Numbered from the stretch's first letter, positions 12,153 to 24,442 are shown. The stretch is 64,000 nucleotides of DNA from Mustelus asterias (GCF_964213995.1 NW_027590468.1:248001-312000), one strand, 5' to 3'. A program made the numbers and translations. Notes: a model not told the origin generated them from the letters alone.

Positions 12153-13012
12153 TCTGAGGTCATTCCCTGGAAAATCATCGAATTCTCAAATTACAGAAGG
12201 TTGTTGCTGCATGATTATATTACATTACTCTTGTTCATCCTTTTACTATTACAATGTAATTATATGCAGTTGAACGTATACATGAGGGATAATCCCAACT
12301 TTATTTAATTGCTGGCGATTCGCTTTATTCAATTAATAGTGGTTAAAAAGCTAATTTTAAACAAAATCAACCCATCAATATTCCGAGAAGTGCCTCCTCT
12401 AAAATACCAACATAAGATGTAAATATGACCCTGGATTCACACCCATTTCCGATGTGCTTTCGTTATTTTCATTTAAATCTTTCCATCATAATGTTACTCG
12501 TTAAGTTATTATATTTTATTATACCTTATCTAATATAAATAGTATCTAATCTCAGAGTATCTTTATATAATATAATGAGCAATTTGTTGGACTCGTTGAA
12601 ATGGGAGACTGGGAGAAATCGTATTGTCTAAACTCGGAAATTCAGGGAAAAGGGCAGAAAGAGAAGAACGTGGAGTAAATGTGAAGACAGAGACAGTCAG
12701 AAGTATGGCAAGGGAGGTAGTGGCGGAATGACACAGCGAGATAAACAGGTCCCAAACGAAGGGAGAGCCGGAGAACCTGAGAAATACAGGGAGGAAGAGA
12801 AACTCAGAGTTGATTAGTCCAGAGCGAACATTGATAGGTGCCCGACGACCATCAGTTCAGAGAGAGCAGCCAATCCTGTCGCTTGGAAACGCCCCTCAGT
12901 TTCTGAGTAAGTGAAGTTTCCGCTGATATGAATTTCCAATTTAATATCAGAACAGAAACGTCAACACATTTCAAATATTGTCTCATTTCTGCCGCATCCT
13001 AAACCAGACACC

Positions 13013-13548
13013 ATGTGCTCCTCATTTTGGCTGCTGATAATAATGATCTTGCGGCCCGGTGAGTCAATAAGCTCTGACAAAATGTCATCCTGACACGAAA
13101 CGTTACCTCTGTTCTCCCTCTCACACATGTCAGATTTGCTGAAGATTTCCAGCATTTTCTTTGAGCCAATGTTTAAATGATCAGCGTCTGTCCCATGGAC
13201 TATGGTCGCTCCCAGATTTTGAATAACGTCTGTGTTTTATTACAGGGGCAAATGCTGAAGATTCAGTGTTTCAAGATCGATCTGAATTATCGATTCTGGA
13301 AGGACAGAACATAACACTGGGCTGTAAATACTCAACAGCTGCTCTTCGAACCCTGTTCTGGTACATCCAGTATCCCGGGCAAGCTCCAAGGTATTTGATG
13401 AAGATATATAACTCGGGCGATACCGATAAGTCCCGGATATCCCAGATAGGTTCTCGGCTGCTTTACAGAAAGAAAACAACACTGTTCCTTTAATTATCAC
13501 CAGCACTCTTCTGTCTGACACCGCCGTGTATTTCTGTGCCATGGAGCA
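13013..13548 (+). pseudogene. TCR V pseudogene by 1-nt frameshift (leader 13013-13058, exon 13246-13548), paralog of V at 35173
   Basis: gataagtcccggat versus paralog gataagtccccggat (1-nt loss at ~13432-13434). The rest encodes SDTAVYFCAME in the shifted frame. RSS cacactg(13549-13555)-24-acaaaaacc(13580-13588). Confidence 0.85.
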
Positions 13549-13610
13549 CACACTGGTTCAGAGACATGGCGAAACCTGTACAAAAACCCCAGACTGGGAG
13601 TTCTAGTTAG

Positions 13611-13629
13611 TGGTCCGCAGAGGGCGCGC
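13611..13629 (+). promoter_or_regulatory. RSS-proximal CTCF-like motif
   Basis: TGGTCCGCAGAGGGCGCGC, ~22 nt after the nonamer. Confidence 0.6.
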
Positions 13630-14460
13630 TCACACTGATAAACAGAAACAAATCAGTCTCAACAGTGAGTGTCACCGGATCATAAACAGAATAACAAAAC
13701 AAAACACAACGCTCAACATGAAAAGCTGAGCCGCAGTTGGTTTTAACTTGCAACTATGCTAAAAATGCATTTATTGTTAGTTAACTCGCACTTGGCCTTT
13801 TGCTAATATTTCCTTGGATATGTGAATTATTCCCCATCTTCACTCTTCGTTTTGTGGTCGGTTTGATCAAAGGGTCTATTTGATCGGAGTATTGTGCTAG
13901 CTAAGGGATCAGTTATATAACATGTGCATTTCACAAGCTTGACACAGAACCATTTAAACAATCCCTGAGAACAAGGTACCATCAATGTTCATTCTCACTT
14001 TCAATGACTGTCAAATGTTTTTTGACATAATTCGCAACTTTATAATAACCGGACCAGCGACTTTAATCCCAACCCTGTCCCGAACAATAGAGCGATATTC
14101 CTATTAAGCCTACTGAATATAACCCAGCTTGGGATGTTTCTGCTCACTGAAAACCACGTATCCATCCACAGGACTAAAAACACGACAGGGGACACATGAA
14201 AGTGAGGTGCGAGGATCCGATCACATTATAGCAGATTAATAAGAGTGCGGATTGGAACGAGAGTTTTCTTGCGTCAACTTACCCTTTTACAGAGCGGCCA
14301 GCGACAATGTGTAAGGCAGCAGCTGGTTGTATGGGGGTGGGGAGGGGGGATTTCGGGCAGATAATTGTGAAATATACACATTTAATCTCTTTCCCAAATC
14401 ATGTTGGAGAGTTTAAAAGCACTCCAATCTGATTAGTTCAGATTTTAATATACATTTCAG

Positions 14461-14600
14461 ATCTGAGTCATGGAAATTCTGTCACTTAGTTACTGTCCTC
14501 AAATGATACGACAGAAGGAGAAGTGTTTTTTTAAAGTTTCACCTATGATACTACATGGAGTGATTTGGTTTTATTCTGGCATTGTCTAATCCCGATAAAC
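14461..14600 (+). pseudogene. V-exon relic (5' part)
   Basis: tttcag|DLSHGNSVT*..TEGE..TYDTTWSDLVLFW; resembles the exon start at 5792; paralog at ~36622-36750. Confidence 0.6.
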
Positions 14601-14759
14601 TGCACTCACAGGAAGTCTTAATCACGTCTGCAGACAATCGGTGAGACAAACAACAGCAACAGCACCGTTCAGGCATCCAAACCTCTCTCAATTTCAATGT
14701 GGAGAAATTGGACTCTGCGGAGTTGATCAGAAGGGCTCACGTACGGAGTTCATGATGAA

Positions 14760-14945
14760 TCATAGAATCTTAGAAAAAGAATCCTTACAGGTCAGAAGGG
14801 GGCATTCGGCCCATCGAGTCTGCACCTGCCACAATCTCACCCAGGCCCTATTCCCGTCACCCCACACATTTGCCCTGCTAATCGCCCTGACACAAAGGTC
14901 AATTTAGCATGGCTAATCAGCCTAACCCGCACATCTTTGGACGGA
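14760..14945 (-). mobile_element. V-SINE 3' part
   Basis: Reverse complement of the SINE tail and body. Confidence 0.75.
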
Positions 14946-15424
14946 AAGCAGCCCCACCCATGCACTCTGCATCATCTCCGGAAGCTCCTGTCTGCTGGTT
15001 TTTCAATTTTGTGATTCATTTCTTAAAGTTACAAAGCCAATGCGCAGAGCGGAGAGGACAATCAAGAATCAATCTCCACACTTGCCCCTACATCAATTCA
15101 AATTCAAATTCAATCCAATTGATGATCCCCACAAGAGATATGAGCAAGATCCAAGATGACAAGAGAAGGTATTGCACGTGAACTTGGGCTTTATGCGACG
15201 CTTAGTCTTAGCCAAAAACCCGAGAAGTTTGCAGCGGTTAGACTCGTGGACAGTTGCAGCCACATTGAGGACCGGCGCTGTCAGCCGCTCAAACAAACAC
15301 CGAGAGAAACCAAATTAGCATTGCATCAAACTGTCACGCACCTGTTTCCAGCAGTGGCTGAGAAAACAGGCAGCAGAATATGATCAGACCGACAGTTCCA
15401 TCATCAACTCAGCCGACAGATAGA

Positions 15425-15745
15425 AAACACAGAATCCCTACCGTGCAGAAGGAGACCATTCGGCCCATCGATTCTGCACCGGCAACAATCCCACCCAGGC
15501 CCTATCCCCTGAGCTCCATGCATTTACCCTGGCTAGTCCTCCTGACACTAAGAGGCAATTTATCATGGCAAATCCACCCAACCCGCACATCTTTGGACTG
15601 TGGGAGGAAACCGGAGCACTCAGAGTAAACCCACGCAGACACGGGGAGAACATGCACACTCCACACAGACAGTGAGCCAATGCCGGAATTGACCCCGGGT
15701 CCCTGGCGCTGTGAGGCATCAGTGATAATCATTGTGCCACCATTT
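15425..15745 (-). mobile_element. HE1-like V-SINE
   Basis: Near full-length reverse-complement copy. Confidence 0.88.
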
Positions 15746-15805
15746 GGCCCATAAAAAATTGAAATCATGCAGACTTCCCGCAGCCTAACTGAGAAAGTTT
15801 AATAA

Positions 15806-15873
15806 TGTATCTGCCCGGTTTCGAACCGGGGACCTTTCGCGTGTGAAGCGAATGTGATGACAATTACAGAAAC
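15806..15873 (-). pseudogene. tRNA-Val(CAC) pseudogene
   Basis: gtttctgtaattgtcatcacattcgcttcacacgcgaaaggtccccggttcgaaaccgggcagataca; deletion in the D arm/A box. Confidence 0.85.
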
Positions 15874-15913
15874 TGTCCACAACAGAGAGCTTGAACTACC
15901 GTCAAGTTTACAT

Positions 15914-15986
15914 CGAGCCAGGCAGAAATCGAACTTGAAATCTTCTGATCCATAATCAGACGCGTTCTGCATTGAGCGACTGACCG
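15914..15986 (-). pseudogene. tRNA-Arg(ACG)-derived pseudogene
   Basis: ggtcagtcgctcaatgcagaacgcgtctgattatggatcagaagatttcaagttcgatttctgcctggctcg aligns to vertebrate tRNA-Arg(ACG); anticodon mutated to ATG, stems mismatched. Confidence 0.8.
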
Positions 15987-16159
15987 ACATGAAGGCAGCA
16001 CCTCCCTGCTTCTGATTAGATCTTAATTCCGCAACCTCAGGGCTGGATATTCACATCAGCTCCGGGAGAGATGTTTCAGATCAGCTGTTAATTCCCATCA
16101 ACTCAGGGCTGAATATTCAGATCAGCTCCAGGAGAGATGTCTCTGACCCACAATCCAGA

Positions 16160-16690
16160 CCCACTGACGTCACTCGCACTACATAGTGACGTCACATGGG
16201 CTATGGGGTGACGTCACACATTCTGACGCCACACATTCCGCATTCTGACGTCTGACGTTGGGCGGCACGGTGCCACAGTGGTTAGCACAGCTGCCTCACA
16301 GCGCCCCCGGTTCGATTCCAGCCTCGGGTCACTGTCTGTCTGGAGTTTGGATGTTCTCCCCGTGTCTGCGCGGGTTTCCTCCGGGTGCTCCGGTTACCTC
16401 CTACAGTCAAAGCTGTGTGCTTTACGTTGACTGGCCATGTTGAATTGCCCCCTCGTGTCAGGGGGATTCGTGGGGTAAAGATGTGAGGTTACGGGGAGAG
16501 GGTCTGGGTGGGGCTGTGGTCGGTGCGGGTTCAATGGGCCGAATGGTCTCCTTCTGCACTGTAGGCATTCTATGATTCTATGAGGTTCCAATGCCGCGGA
16601 TGCTCTGACGTCAGAATGCCGGATGTTCTGACGTCAGAATGCCGGATGTTCTGACGTCACAATACCGGATGCTCTGCCGCATGCGCACTC
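16160..16690 (+). promoter_or_regulatory. V promoter CRE cluster (6 TGACGTCA) interrupted by a SINE
   Basis: TGACGTCA at 16165, 16187 and 16209, plus three 23-bp units at 16604-16670; NRF1-like gcatgcgca follows. Confidence 0.75.
16259..16582 (+). mobile_element. HE1-like V-SINE
   Basis: Consensus head, V-domain and tail; the same insertion is present in the duplicate at 24443. Confidence 0.88.
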
Positions 16691-16887
16691 TCCTCCCCCG
16701 CACTATCAATGCTGAAGCTCCCTCACTGATTCACTTTGTGATCACAAGTCCCAGAGACCCGGCTCTCACCGCCACTCTGTGACTGGTTTGGGGCTCGGTT
16801 TGATATCCAATAGCATTGTTTCCCCAGGAGCTTCTCTCAGCCTAGGATCTGCTGACAGCTGTTTCACACAAGCCGATAGGATCCAAC

Positions 16888-17390
16888 ATGTTCCTGAGTT
16901 TCACTTTGGTGATTATTTTCCTGGATTTCTTACTGTTCCCTCAGTGTAAGTGTGGTCACTATTTCTGACAGCAATATTTCACACCTCAGCAATGTTATGT
17001 TCTGTTAAATTGTACTCAGCTTTATTGTATTATCTCGAATTGTGAATACAATGGTACTTTATTGTGCTACATTATAGTACGATATGTTCTTACTGCAAAT
17101 GTACATATTCTTCCCAGATGCCGCTGGCAGTGAAGAGCTATCACAGTCTCCGGAGTCAATGGTTGTTACCGAGGGAGCCACTGCATCGTTGAACTGTTCA
17201 GCCACAGTAACTGGACAGCTCCTTCAATGGTACAGACAAAATCCAGACAGAACCGTGCAGCACCTGGTGAGCGGTACCAGCGATCAGGGCAGGATCACGG
17301 CTCAGTACAGTTTCTCAGAGAACCACAGCGTTCTGAATGTTAGTGAAGCTCGGCTGACAGACACCGCCACCTATTTCTGTGCGATGGAGG
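16888..17390 (+). CDS. TRAV: TCR alpha V segment, intact, short-CDR2 family (leader 16888-16945, exon 17118-17390)
   Basis: MFLSFTLVIIFLDFLLFPQ|gtaag, then SEELSQSPESMVVTEGATASLNCSATVTGQLLQWYRQNP...TDTATYFCAME. RSS cacagtc(17391-17397)-23-acaaaaacc(17421-17429). Confidence 0.93.
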
Positions 17391-18987
17391 CACAGTCTAG
17401 CAAAGACCGTACAGGGCCGTACAAAAACCTGCCGCGATCATCCAGAAAGTGGAGCCTGTGCAGAGAGCTGGACTTTTAATCACTCTCTCCCTTGGATACG
17501 CGCCACAGTCACCCGATCAGTGAGACCTGTTGCCGATTTGGGTTTACTCTTTAAAATCAAAAAAGAACGGATAAAATACATTTAAATTGGGTTATTTTCT
17601 GTGGAAATGTCATCCGGGCAGCGCATGTTCCATGGTGCTTCCAAATTGGAATAATCGTGGTATTCCGTGAGTCAATATTAAAAGGATCCTTGTCTATTTC
17701 CTGTGATAAATCCCATTCCAGTCTGTGACACATTCTAAGTTCGGCTGCAGGGACGAGTGACAGACATTGAGTTTCCCAGACTCCATCGGAGTTGAAAGCT
17801 CTGGAAGACCAGTCAGGAGTGCTAAGGGACAGTCACTCCATATCTGAAAGCTTTCTGTGCCTATCTAGACAGAGCAGTATTCCGGGTAAGTTATGGGATA
17901 TTTAATGAAGTGGTAGAGGGCCAGACATTGAGAGAGGTCCCAAGGTCTCTCAGACCGGTTCGCTGTTCATTTGAACGAACAAAGGCAGCAATGAACCTGT
18001 TCGATAAATAAACGACCAAGTCATCCCATTTTCACAGAAAAGTGGACAGGGATCGATAAATGTTATTCATTGCATTGATATTTGTTACCATCTGGAGTAG
18101 AGCGCCGCAAACTATAAAGGAAGAGCATTCAATAGTAAATTTCAAAAAGGCATTGTCAGACCTTGAGAACGGAAAATAACACGTGGAATGGGGGGTGAGA
18201 AGAGCAATTGGGAAAGGTCTTTCATAGAGCCACAGGGAGAGTCAATTGTTTCTGATCCATTCGCGCCCGTCCGTCACTATTTTTTCTCAGTCACTTGAGC
18301 AGTGAGCAGATGCAGGTTGTCACAGACTGCTGCAGGTTCAGCTGTCGCTGTTTCCTCTCCATCACCTGCGACTGCCGCTGGGAACTCCGCACTTCCATCA
18401 GCTTTGAGTCTGCGGTGACCCCGGCCACAGCTTCCGGTTGCTGCTATTCATTCCAACACCATTGTGCTTTTCTAGACATTGCTGCCGCTGGTCGATTTCT
18501 GTCATTGGTTAGATCAGAAGTTCAGTGCTTCAGTCTATCATTAGTGTAGCAAGTAAGCTTATATTAACACTGCAGTGAAGTTACTGTGGAAATCTCCTCA
18601 ACGCCACACTCCGGCGCCTGTTCGGGTACACTGAGGGAGAGCTTAGCATGGCTGATTAGCGACTGATTCAGGAAGTGATGCGTGGTACTGTCGGATAATA
18701 CAGCCTTTTTAACGAGGTGAGTCTGTGTTGAAATTATTATTGAGCAATCCAAGTATTCGTAACTACAGCAGACTTTGACACATCAAATGTTTGGTTCTAG
18801 GAATTGCTGGGGCAATCACAGTTAACGGCCCTGGAAGATGATATAACAGTAATTTTTGGCTACATGATCTCTACATCTGGGAGCTTGCATTACCGCTGCT
18901 CTGAAGTAGATTTGGAGGTTAACTGCATGCATTGCACCATAAAGATATGTCTCATCATTTCGCAATCTGTTCCTCTGGTGACCTAGA

Positions 18988-19310
18988 CAAGATGTGGAGA
19001 TGCCGGCATTGGACTGGGGTAAACACAGTAAGAAGTCTCACAACACCAGGTTAAAGTCCAACAGGTTTATTTGGTAGCAAAAACCACGAGCTTTCGGAGC
19101 GCTGCCCCTTCGTCAGGTGAGTGGGAGTTCTGATCACAAACAGTGCACAAAGACACAAACTCAATTTACATGAATAATGATTGGAATGTGAGTCTTTACA
19201 GCTAATCAAGTCTTAAAGGTACAGACAATGTGAGTGGAGGCAGCATTAAGCACAGGTTAAATAGATGTGTATTGTCTCCAGACAGGACAGCTAGTGAGAT
19301 TTTGCACAGG
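18988..19310 (-). mobile_element. Penelope-like element terminal region
   Basis: agatgtggagatgccggcattggactgggg...aagaagtctcacaacaccaggttaaagtccaacaggtttatt plus a hammerhead motif; another degraded copy at ~37690-37787. Confidence 0.65.
19085..19119 (-). ncRNA. Minimal type I hammerhead ribozyme motif
   Basis: On -: CAC-CUGACGA-A-GGGGC-AGC-GCUCC-GAA-AGCU-C-GUG, giving a 3-bp stem I, stem II, palindromic AGCU helix III and a UC cleavage site. Confidence 0.7.
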
Positions 19311-20365
19311 TTTTGCCACACTCTCTGACAGAGATTTTGCATCGAGAGACAGAGGGAGAGTGTGTGCGTGTGTCCCTGTGTGTGAGAGAGTTCAAAGTAA
19401 CCTTCAAATACCTGGACTCCGCAATCTCTTTATTCCTGGATCAGTGTGGCAACCCTGTCTGACAGAGAATTAAACATTCCCACTGTTTTCTGTGTTAATA
19501 AAGTTTCTAACATCACCACAGCGGCGACACTGGAAATGAGCTTCCTTGGGTTAAAAAGCGCTTTCGGACATCGGAAGTCTGTAAAAGGCATCAATAAAAA
19601 TCTTTCTTTCTGTTTTCGACTGAAATTTCTTTCTGGAGATTAAATTCATTGTCTTCATATTTCCACGGGCCAGAAAAGTTTATTTTTAATTTCATTTTTA
19701 AAATTTAAATCCGTTTCTTTCCCGGATTGGGTTAATGAGTGGTCACCACCTCCTAGGATTTCCCGGATTCTGTCTCCAGTCGGTTCAGAGATTCTTTCCG
19801 CTCCAGAGGACACAGGCAGTCTGGCAGGAATAAGAATCCGGGAACTTACCGAGGAGACAGTGCAGTGCTCAGGGAACGCTGCACCGTCAGAGCGGCCAGC
19901 CTCTCGGTGACCTGTTCAATCGGGGGCACCGTGTTCCCTCTCAGCTGGAGGTGACACATCACATGGTCACTGTTTCCAAGAAGAGCAGGAGAAATGTCCT
20001 GTTTGATATCTGTTCACCAATCACAATTCCTGAAACAGACAGAACACTACAATATTACTGAATGAAATGTCACACTGAGTCCAAATTGGCTGCTGTGTTT
20101 TGTACAGTGACAGGGAAACACTTTGGGACATCAAACTCTACAAATAGTTAAATGTTCATTCCCTAAGCTGCCCCCATTGTTTTAGTTTGGTAATATATTT
20201 ATAAATAATACATATATATATTAGAATTAAAAGTTTGAGATACCAGCACGATTTCAGGTTCCAGATCAGACTCAGTCTGATCACAATGTTTGCCTAACGC
20301 TCTGTTATGTTGAGTGAGGCTCTGGCAGTTTTTGTACAGGTTCAGCCCAGCTCTGGGTCTCTGTG

Positions 20366-21240
20366 GGTCTCAGTGCGCAGTAATAAACCCCGGAGTCTGC
20401 CAGCTCTGTTTTAGACACTTTCAGCGGGACTGTGCGGGTTGTATAATTGAGTTCCGCTGAAAAACTGTCCCCTTTGGATCTCCCTGTGTTCCCGGTGTAT
20501 TTATGTGTCTGCAGCAGATATTCCATGGATCCACTGGGATACTGCCGGTACCAGAATAGATAAGGGTTGATGTCTGTAGCTGTGTAATTACAGAGCAACC
20601 GAACATCATCTCCTTCAGTGACGGTGACTGCAGCCGCTGTCTGTGAAACAGAATCTCCTCGGGAATGTCCTGTCAGAGTCCAAAGAAATATTAAATTAAA
20701 CATTGCAATTTCACTCAGTTTTCCCAGAATTTGCCCGTTATCGGCAAAAATAATCTCAGGGAGAAATCAGAGAGCAAAACGGAAACATATTTTTCACAGT
20801 TCAGCGGCTGGAATGGGAAGACGTTTGTGGCGATTAAATAAAACTTCCACCATAAACATTCTCTTCTTTCTAACGGGATCAGTTCCTCGTCTTCAGTCCC
20901 TGTAACTGGAAACTGCTCACGGTCTGTTTGAAATGTGATGTTTGCCAAAGTGGTTCACTGGTATCAGAGGAGCTGGAATCTGAGCCCAACTCATTCTCTA
21001 TCAATCCCTGGGGGAAATGTGCCCAATCCCAACAGTGTTCAGTGTTGAGACCAGAGAGCTCCAAATAACTTTTCGATGTTGTGATCAATCCATTCCCTGA
21101 TCAACCCCCTTGCATTGAGCGAACCGCCCGACAGAATATAGTGTGTGGTAATGGTGTGTAACACAGAGTGAGCAACTTGTGAACTTACCGATTAACAGAG
21201 CTGCCGCTGTGAGGAATAAATACAGAGTAACAAGACACAT
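20366..21240 (-). CDS. TRAV: TCR alpha/delta V segment, intact (leader 21240-21189, exon 20669-20366)
   Basis: MCLVTLYLFLTAAALLI|gtaagt, then GHSRGDSVSQTAAAVTVTEGDDVRLLCNYTATDINPYLFWYRQYP...ADSGVYYCALR. RSS cacagag(20365-20359)-23-acaaaaact(20335-20327). Confidence 0.92.
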
Positions 21241-22146
21241 GATTGCAGAGCTCGCGGTGAATTTGACCAGAACGGGTTGAAGCTGAATTTGTGTCAGTCA
21301 AGAGTTGGGAAAAGGGTGAGTCATATCCGGCTCCCTGTTGATTGGTTTACTGTTGAAAACGTCATCAGATGACATCCAATCGGATTCAATCTCCTATGTT
21401 CTTCAGTTCAACCAATGACCTCACAGTTCCTTTATCTGCAATTCATCCTATTGGCGGAGGGACGAAAGGAACAAAGTGAATTTGGTCATCCCACGACAGG
21501 GGATTACTTTCCCCTTCAACCGTCATTTCAGGAACCGACCGGTCCCCTGAGTCCTGATGGCTCTGTTCTGACATGGAGAATGACAATATCTATCCTCACA
21601 GCAACATAACAAGCAGTTTGTTATTAATCATGTTTGGGATAGCAGCTATAGTGCGGGGAAGGATGATTTTTTAGTCAAAACATCTACTTCATAAGAAGTG
21701 ACAGAACAATGAATGGTCTGAGATATTTCCATATGATGTTCTCTCAATTTGTAATTTTGCAGTCTGTCAAATCCTCTTTCAGAGTGGAAATATAGCTTGC
21801 CTCCCCATTGGACTGCTGATCCAATCAGTGCCGAACAGGGAAAAGCAGCAAAGATCAATATCTCCAATGAAATATCCAATAAAACAGCAAAGGAGAGACG
21901 GGTCAGAGTGCGAACAACACAGGAAAACTGTGGGTGGGGCTACCATAGGCAGTGTGGCGACAGCTAGGATTTATCTGCAAGGAGCTGAACTCAATAACAA
22001 TGTCAAATTGGAAATTCTGTAACTTTGCCTCTCTATATGAGAGGCAGCTGAATGTCCATTCCATACTGCGGACCAGCATTCTTGCACCAGGAGTATCGGA
22101 TTAGTAAGTGATTCAGTACAAAGCGAAATCCTCATCAGTGATGTTT

Positions 22147-22446
22147 GGACCTGGGTTCGATTCCCGGCTTGGGTCACTGTCTGTGTAGAGTTTGCACATT
22201 CTCCTCGTGTCTGCGTGGGTTTCCTCTGGGTGCTCCGGTTTCCTCCCACAGTCCAAAGATGTGCGGGTTAGGTTGATTGGCCATGCTAAAATTGCCCCTT
22301 AGTGTCCTGGGATGTGTAGATTAGAGGGATTAGCGGGTAAAATATGTAGGAATCTGGGGGTAGGACCTGGGTGGGATTGTGGTCGGTGCAGACTAGATGG
22401 GCCGAATGGCCTCTTTCTGTATTGTACGGTTTCTATGATTTCTATG
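22147..22446 (+). mobile_element. V-SINE, 5'-truncated
   Basis: Matches the SINE at 5230 from the B box onward. Confidence 0.88.
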
Positions 22447-22639
22447 AGAAAGGCATCGAAAACGAAAAAAAAAGGTGTTGCAGTATCTCAGATCGATATT
22501 GCAAATGTAAGTTCCGATCATTAACTAATGTAACTGCAACTGGACCACACCAGTTGCTGTTTTTGAGAGTTGTCTTTTGTTGCAATGTTACGAATCTCCA
22601 TCACATTCTCTGTGGAAACTGAATTACCCGCGTGTGTGC

Positions 22640-22672
22640 GCGCGCACCCTGCTGGGCACTAACTGGAACTGC
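22640..22672 (-). promoter_or_regulatory. RSS-proximal CTCF-like motif with upstream module
   Basis: On -: GCAGTTCC-agttag-TGCCCAGCAGGGTGCGCGC, starting ~8 nt after the nonamer. Confidence 0.6.
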
Positions 22673-22720
22673 CAGTGTGGGGTTTTTGTACGGCAATCGC
22701 TATATCTCTGCAGCAGTGTG

Positions 22721-23218
22721 GGTTTCATGGCACAGAAGTACCCGGCGCTGTCGGAAATCAGTGTGTTACTGATCGTCAGCTCGCTAGTCTTGTTCTTTTT
22801 ATCAAATTTGGAAGAAAACCGATCATTGAGGTCGGGATTCTTTTGCACAATCTCTCCAATAAGCTGAAACATGTACACTGGAGCTTTCTCGGGCTGCTGA
22901 CTGTACCAGGACACATAAGGGTTGGAATCGCTTGTTTTCAAAGCGCAGGTTAGTGTGACATCATTTTCCTCTTTAACCTTTATTCCAGGATCCAATTGTT
23001 CCACTTCGTCTTGGTGGCTCCTTTCTAACAGAAACAACAGCAATATGACAATCAGAGTTAGCCTCAGATTAAACGATACAATTATCATCATCACTATTGT
23101 TTTATCAACAAGAATATCTGGGTTACAGCTGTCAGGAGGAGCTTGTAGTTTTACTGGGAAGAAAATACTTACTGAGAAGTGAGAGAATGATGAGGATGGG
23201 AGTGAGATAGTTCACCAT
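22721..23218 (-). CDS. TRAV: TCR alpha/delta V segment, open reading frame (leader 23218-23173, exon 23024-22721)
   Basis: MVNYLTPILIILSLL|gtaagt, then RSHQDEVEQLDPGIKVKEENDVTLTCALKTSDSNPYVSWYSQQPEKAP...SDSAGYFCAMK. RSS cacactg(22720-22714)-24-acaaaaacc(22689-22681). Confidence 0.9.
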
Positions 23219-24442
23219 GATGCTTCCTGAGTCTGTAACTCTGCAATGAGAGAAATCCTGTCAGAGACAGAAAGACACTGTTCCACTGCACTGCTGATCC
23301 AACCAATGAGAGGAATGGAGCAGCGGCAGCAATCCGTCCAATCACGAGAGCAGAAAACGGAAGTCGTGGGCGGGGATGCAGTAGACAAAATATTGAGTGA
23401 CGTGTGCGGCAGCTTCAGCTGCACCCGGAACGGAAATAGCGAGACTTCCATCTCCGGAATCTGTCACCATTCTGCACCTGCTCACTGTCCAAGTGACTGA
23501 GAAGAAATAAAGAGGGAGGGGCATTACGGGGCCAGGGACATGAACAAAATAGAAACATAGCGTATCAATGCAGGAGATGTGGCCACTCGGCCCATGGTAT
23601 CTTGGCCTAACAGATTTCAGAGTTGACAGATTTCTTCAATTCATCTTTCAAACCTCGAATCTCTCACAGTCACGGACATTTTTCTGCTTTCAACTTATCT
23701 CTCATTTCCTTCTAAAACTTACTATTATCTCTTCTTCCGCCATCTCTTTCAACACCGCAGGGCCTAGATAAGAGTCGGTGCAGACTTGATGGGCCGAATG
23801 GCCTCCTTTTGCACTGTAGGGATCCGATGACCACCTTCCAAGTTTAACAAATCGGAGAGTAATCAATTAATCTAATCTTTCCATTGCACTCTCCCCTCCT
23901 GAAGTAGACGTTTGTGTTTTCCAAAGTTCTGCCGGCGGAAACACTTTCCCGGAGTTGACCTGAACATCAAACCTTGGTTTTAAAGGAATAAACAATTTAT
24001 GGGAAGCAGAAAAGGAAGCTTAACTGGCAGATAGATTCTACTGGGAGACCTGTATTAGCAAAACCTTCCTTATATTTGTTTCAAAACAGAGCTTTTTCTC
24101 ATAAACCTTGGCTGTGGATCCCGGTGTTGCTTGTACCACTGGCCCACATGAAGGCAGGACCTCCCTGCTTCTGATTAGATCTTAATTCCGCAACCTCAGG
24201 GCTGGATATTCACATCAGCTCCGGGAGAGATGTTTCTGATCAGCTGTTAATTCCCATCAACTCAGGGCTGAATATTCAGATCAGCTCCAGGAGAGATGTC
24301 TCTGACCCACAATCCAGACCCACTGACGTCACTCGCAATTCACAGGTGACGTCACAAGGGCTACAGGGTGACGTCACACATTCTGACGCCACACATATCC
24401 GCATTCCGACGTCACAATACACGATGGTCTGACGTCTGACGT

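Noticed and set aside
20741-20788. Leader-like ATG TTT CCG TTT TGC close to the V exon at 20669
   Set aside because: In-frame TGA and no GT donor; a clean leader exon exists at 21240-21189
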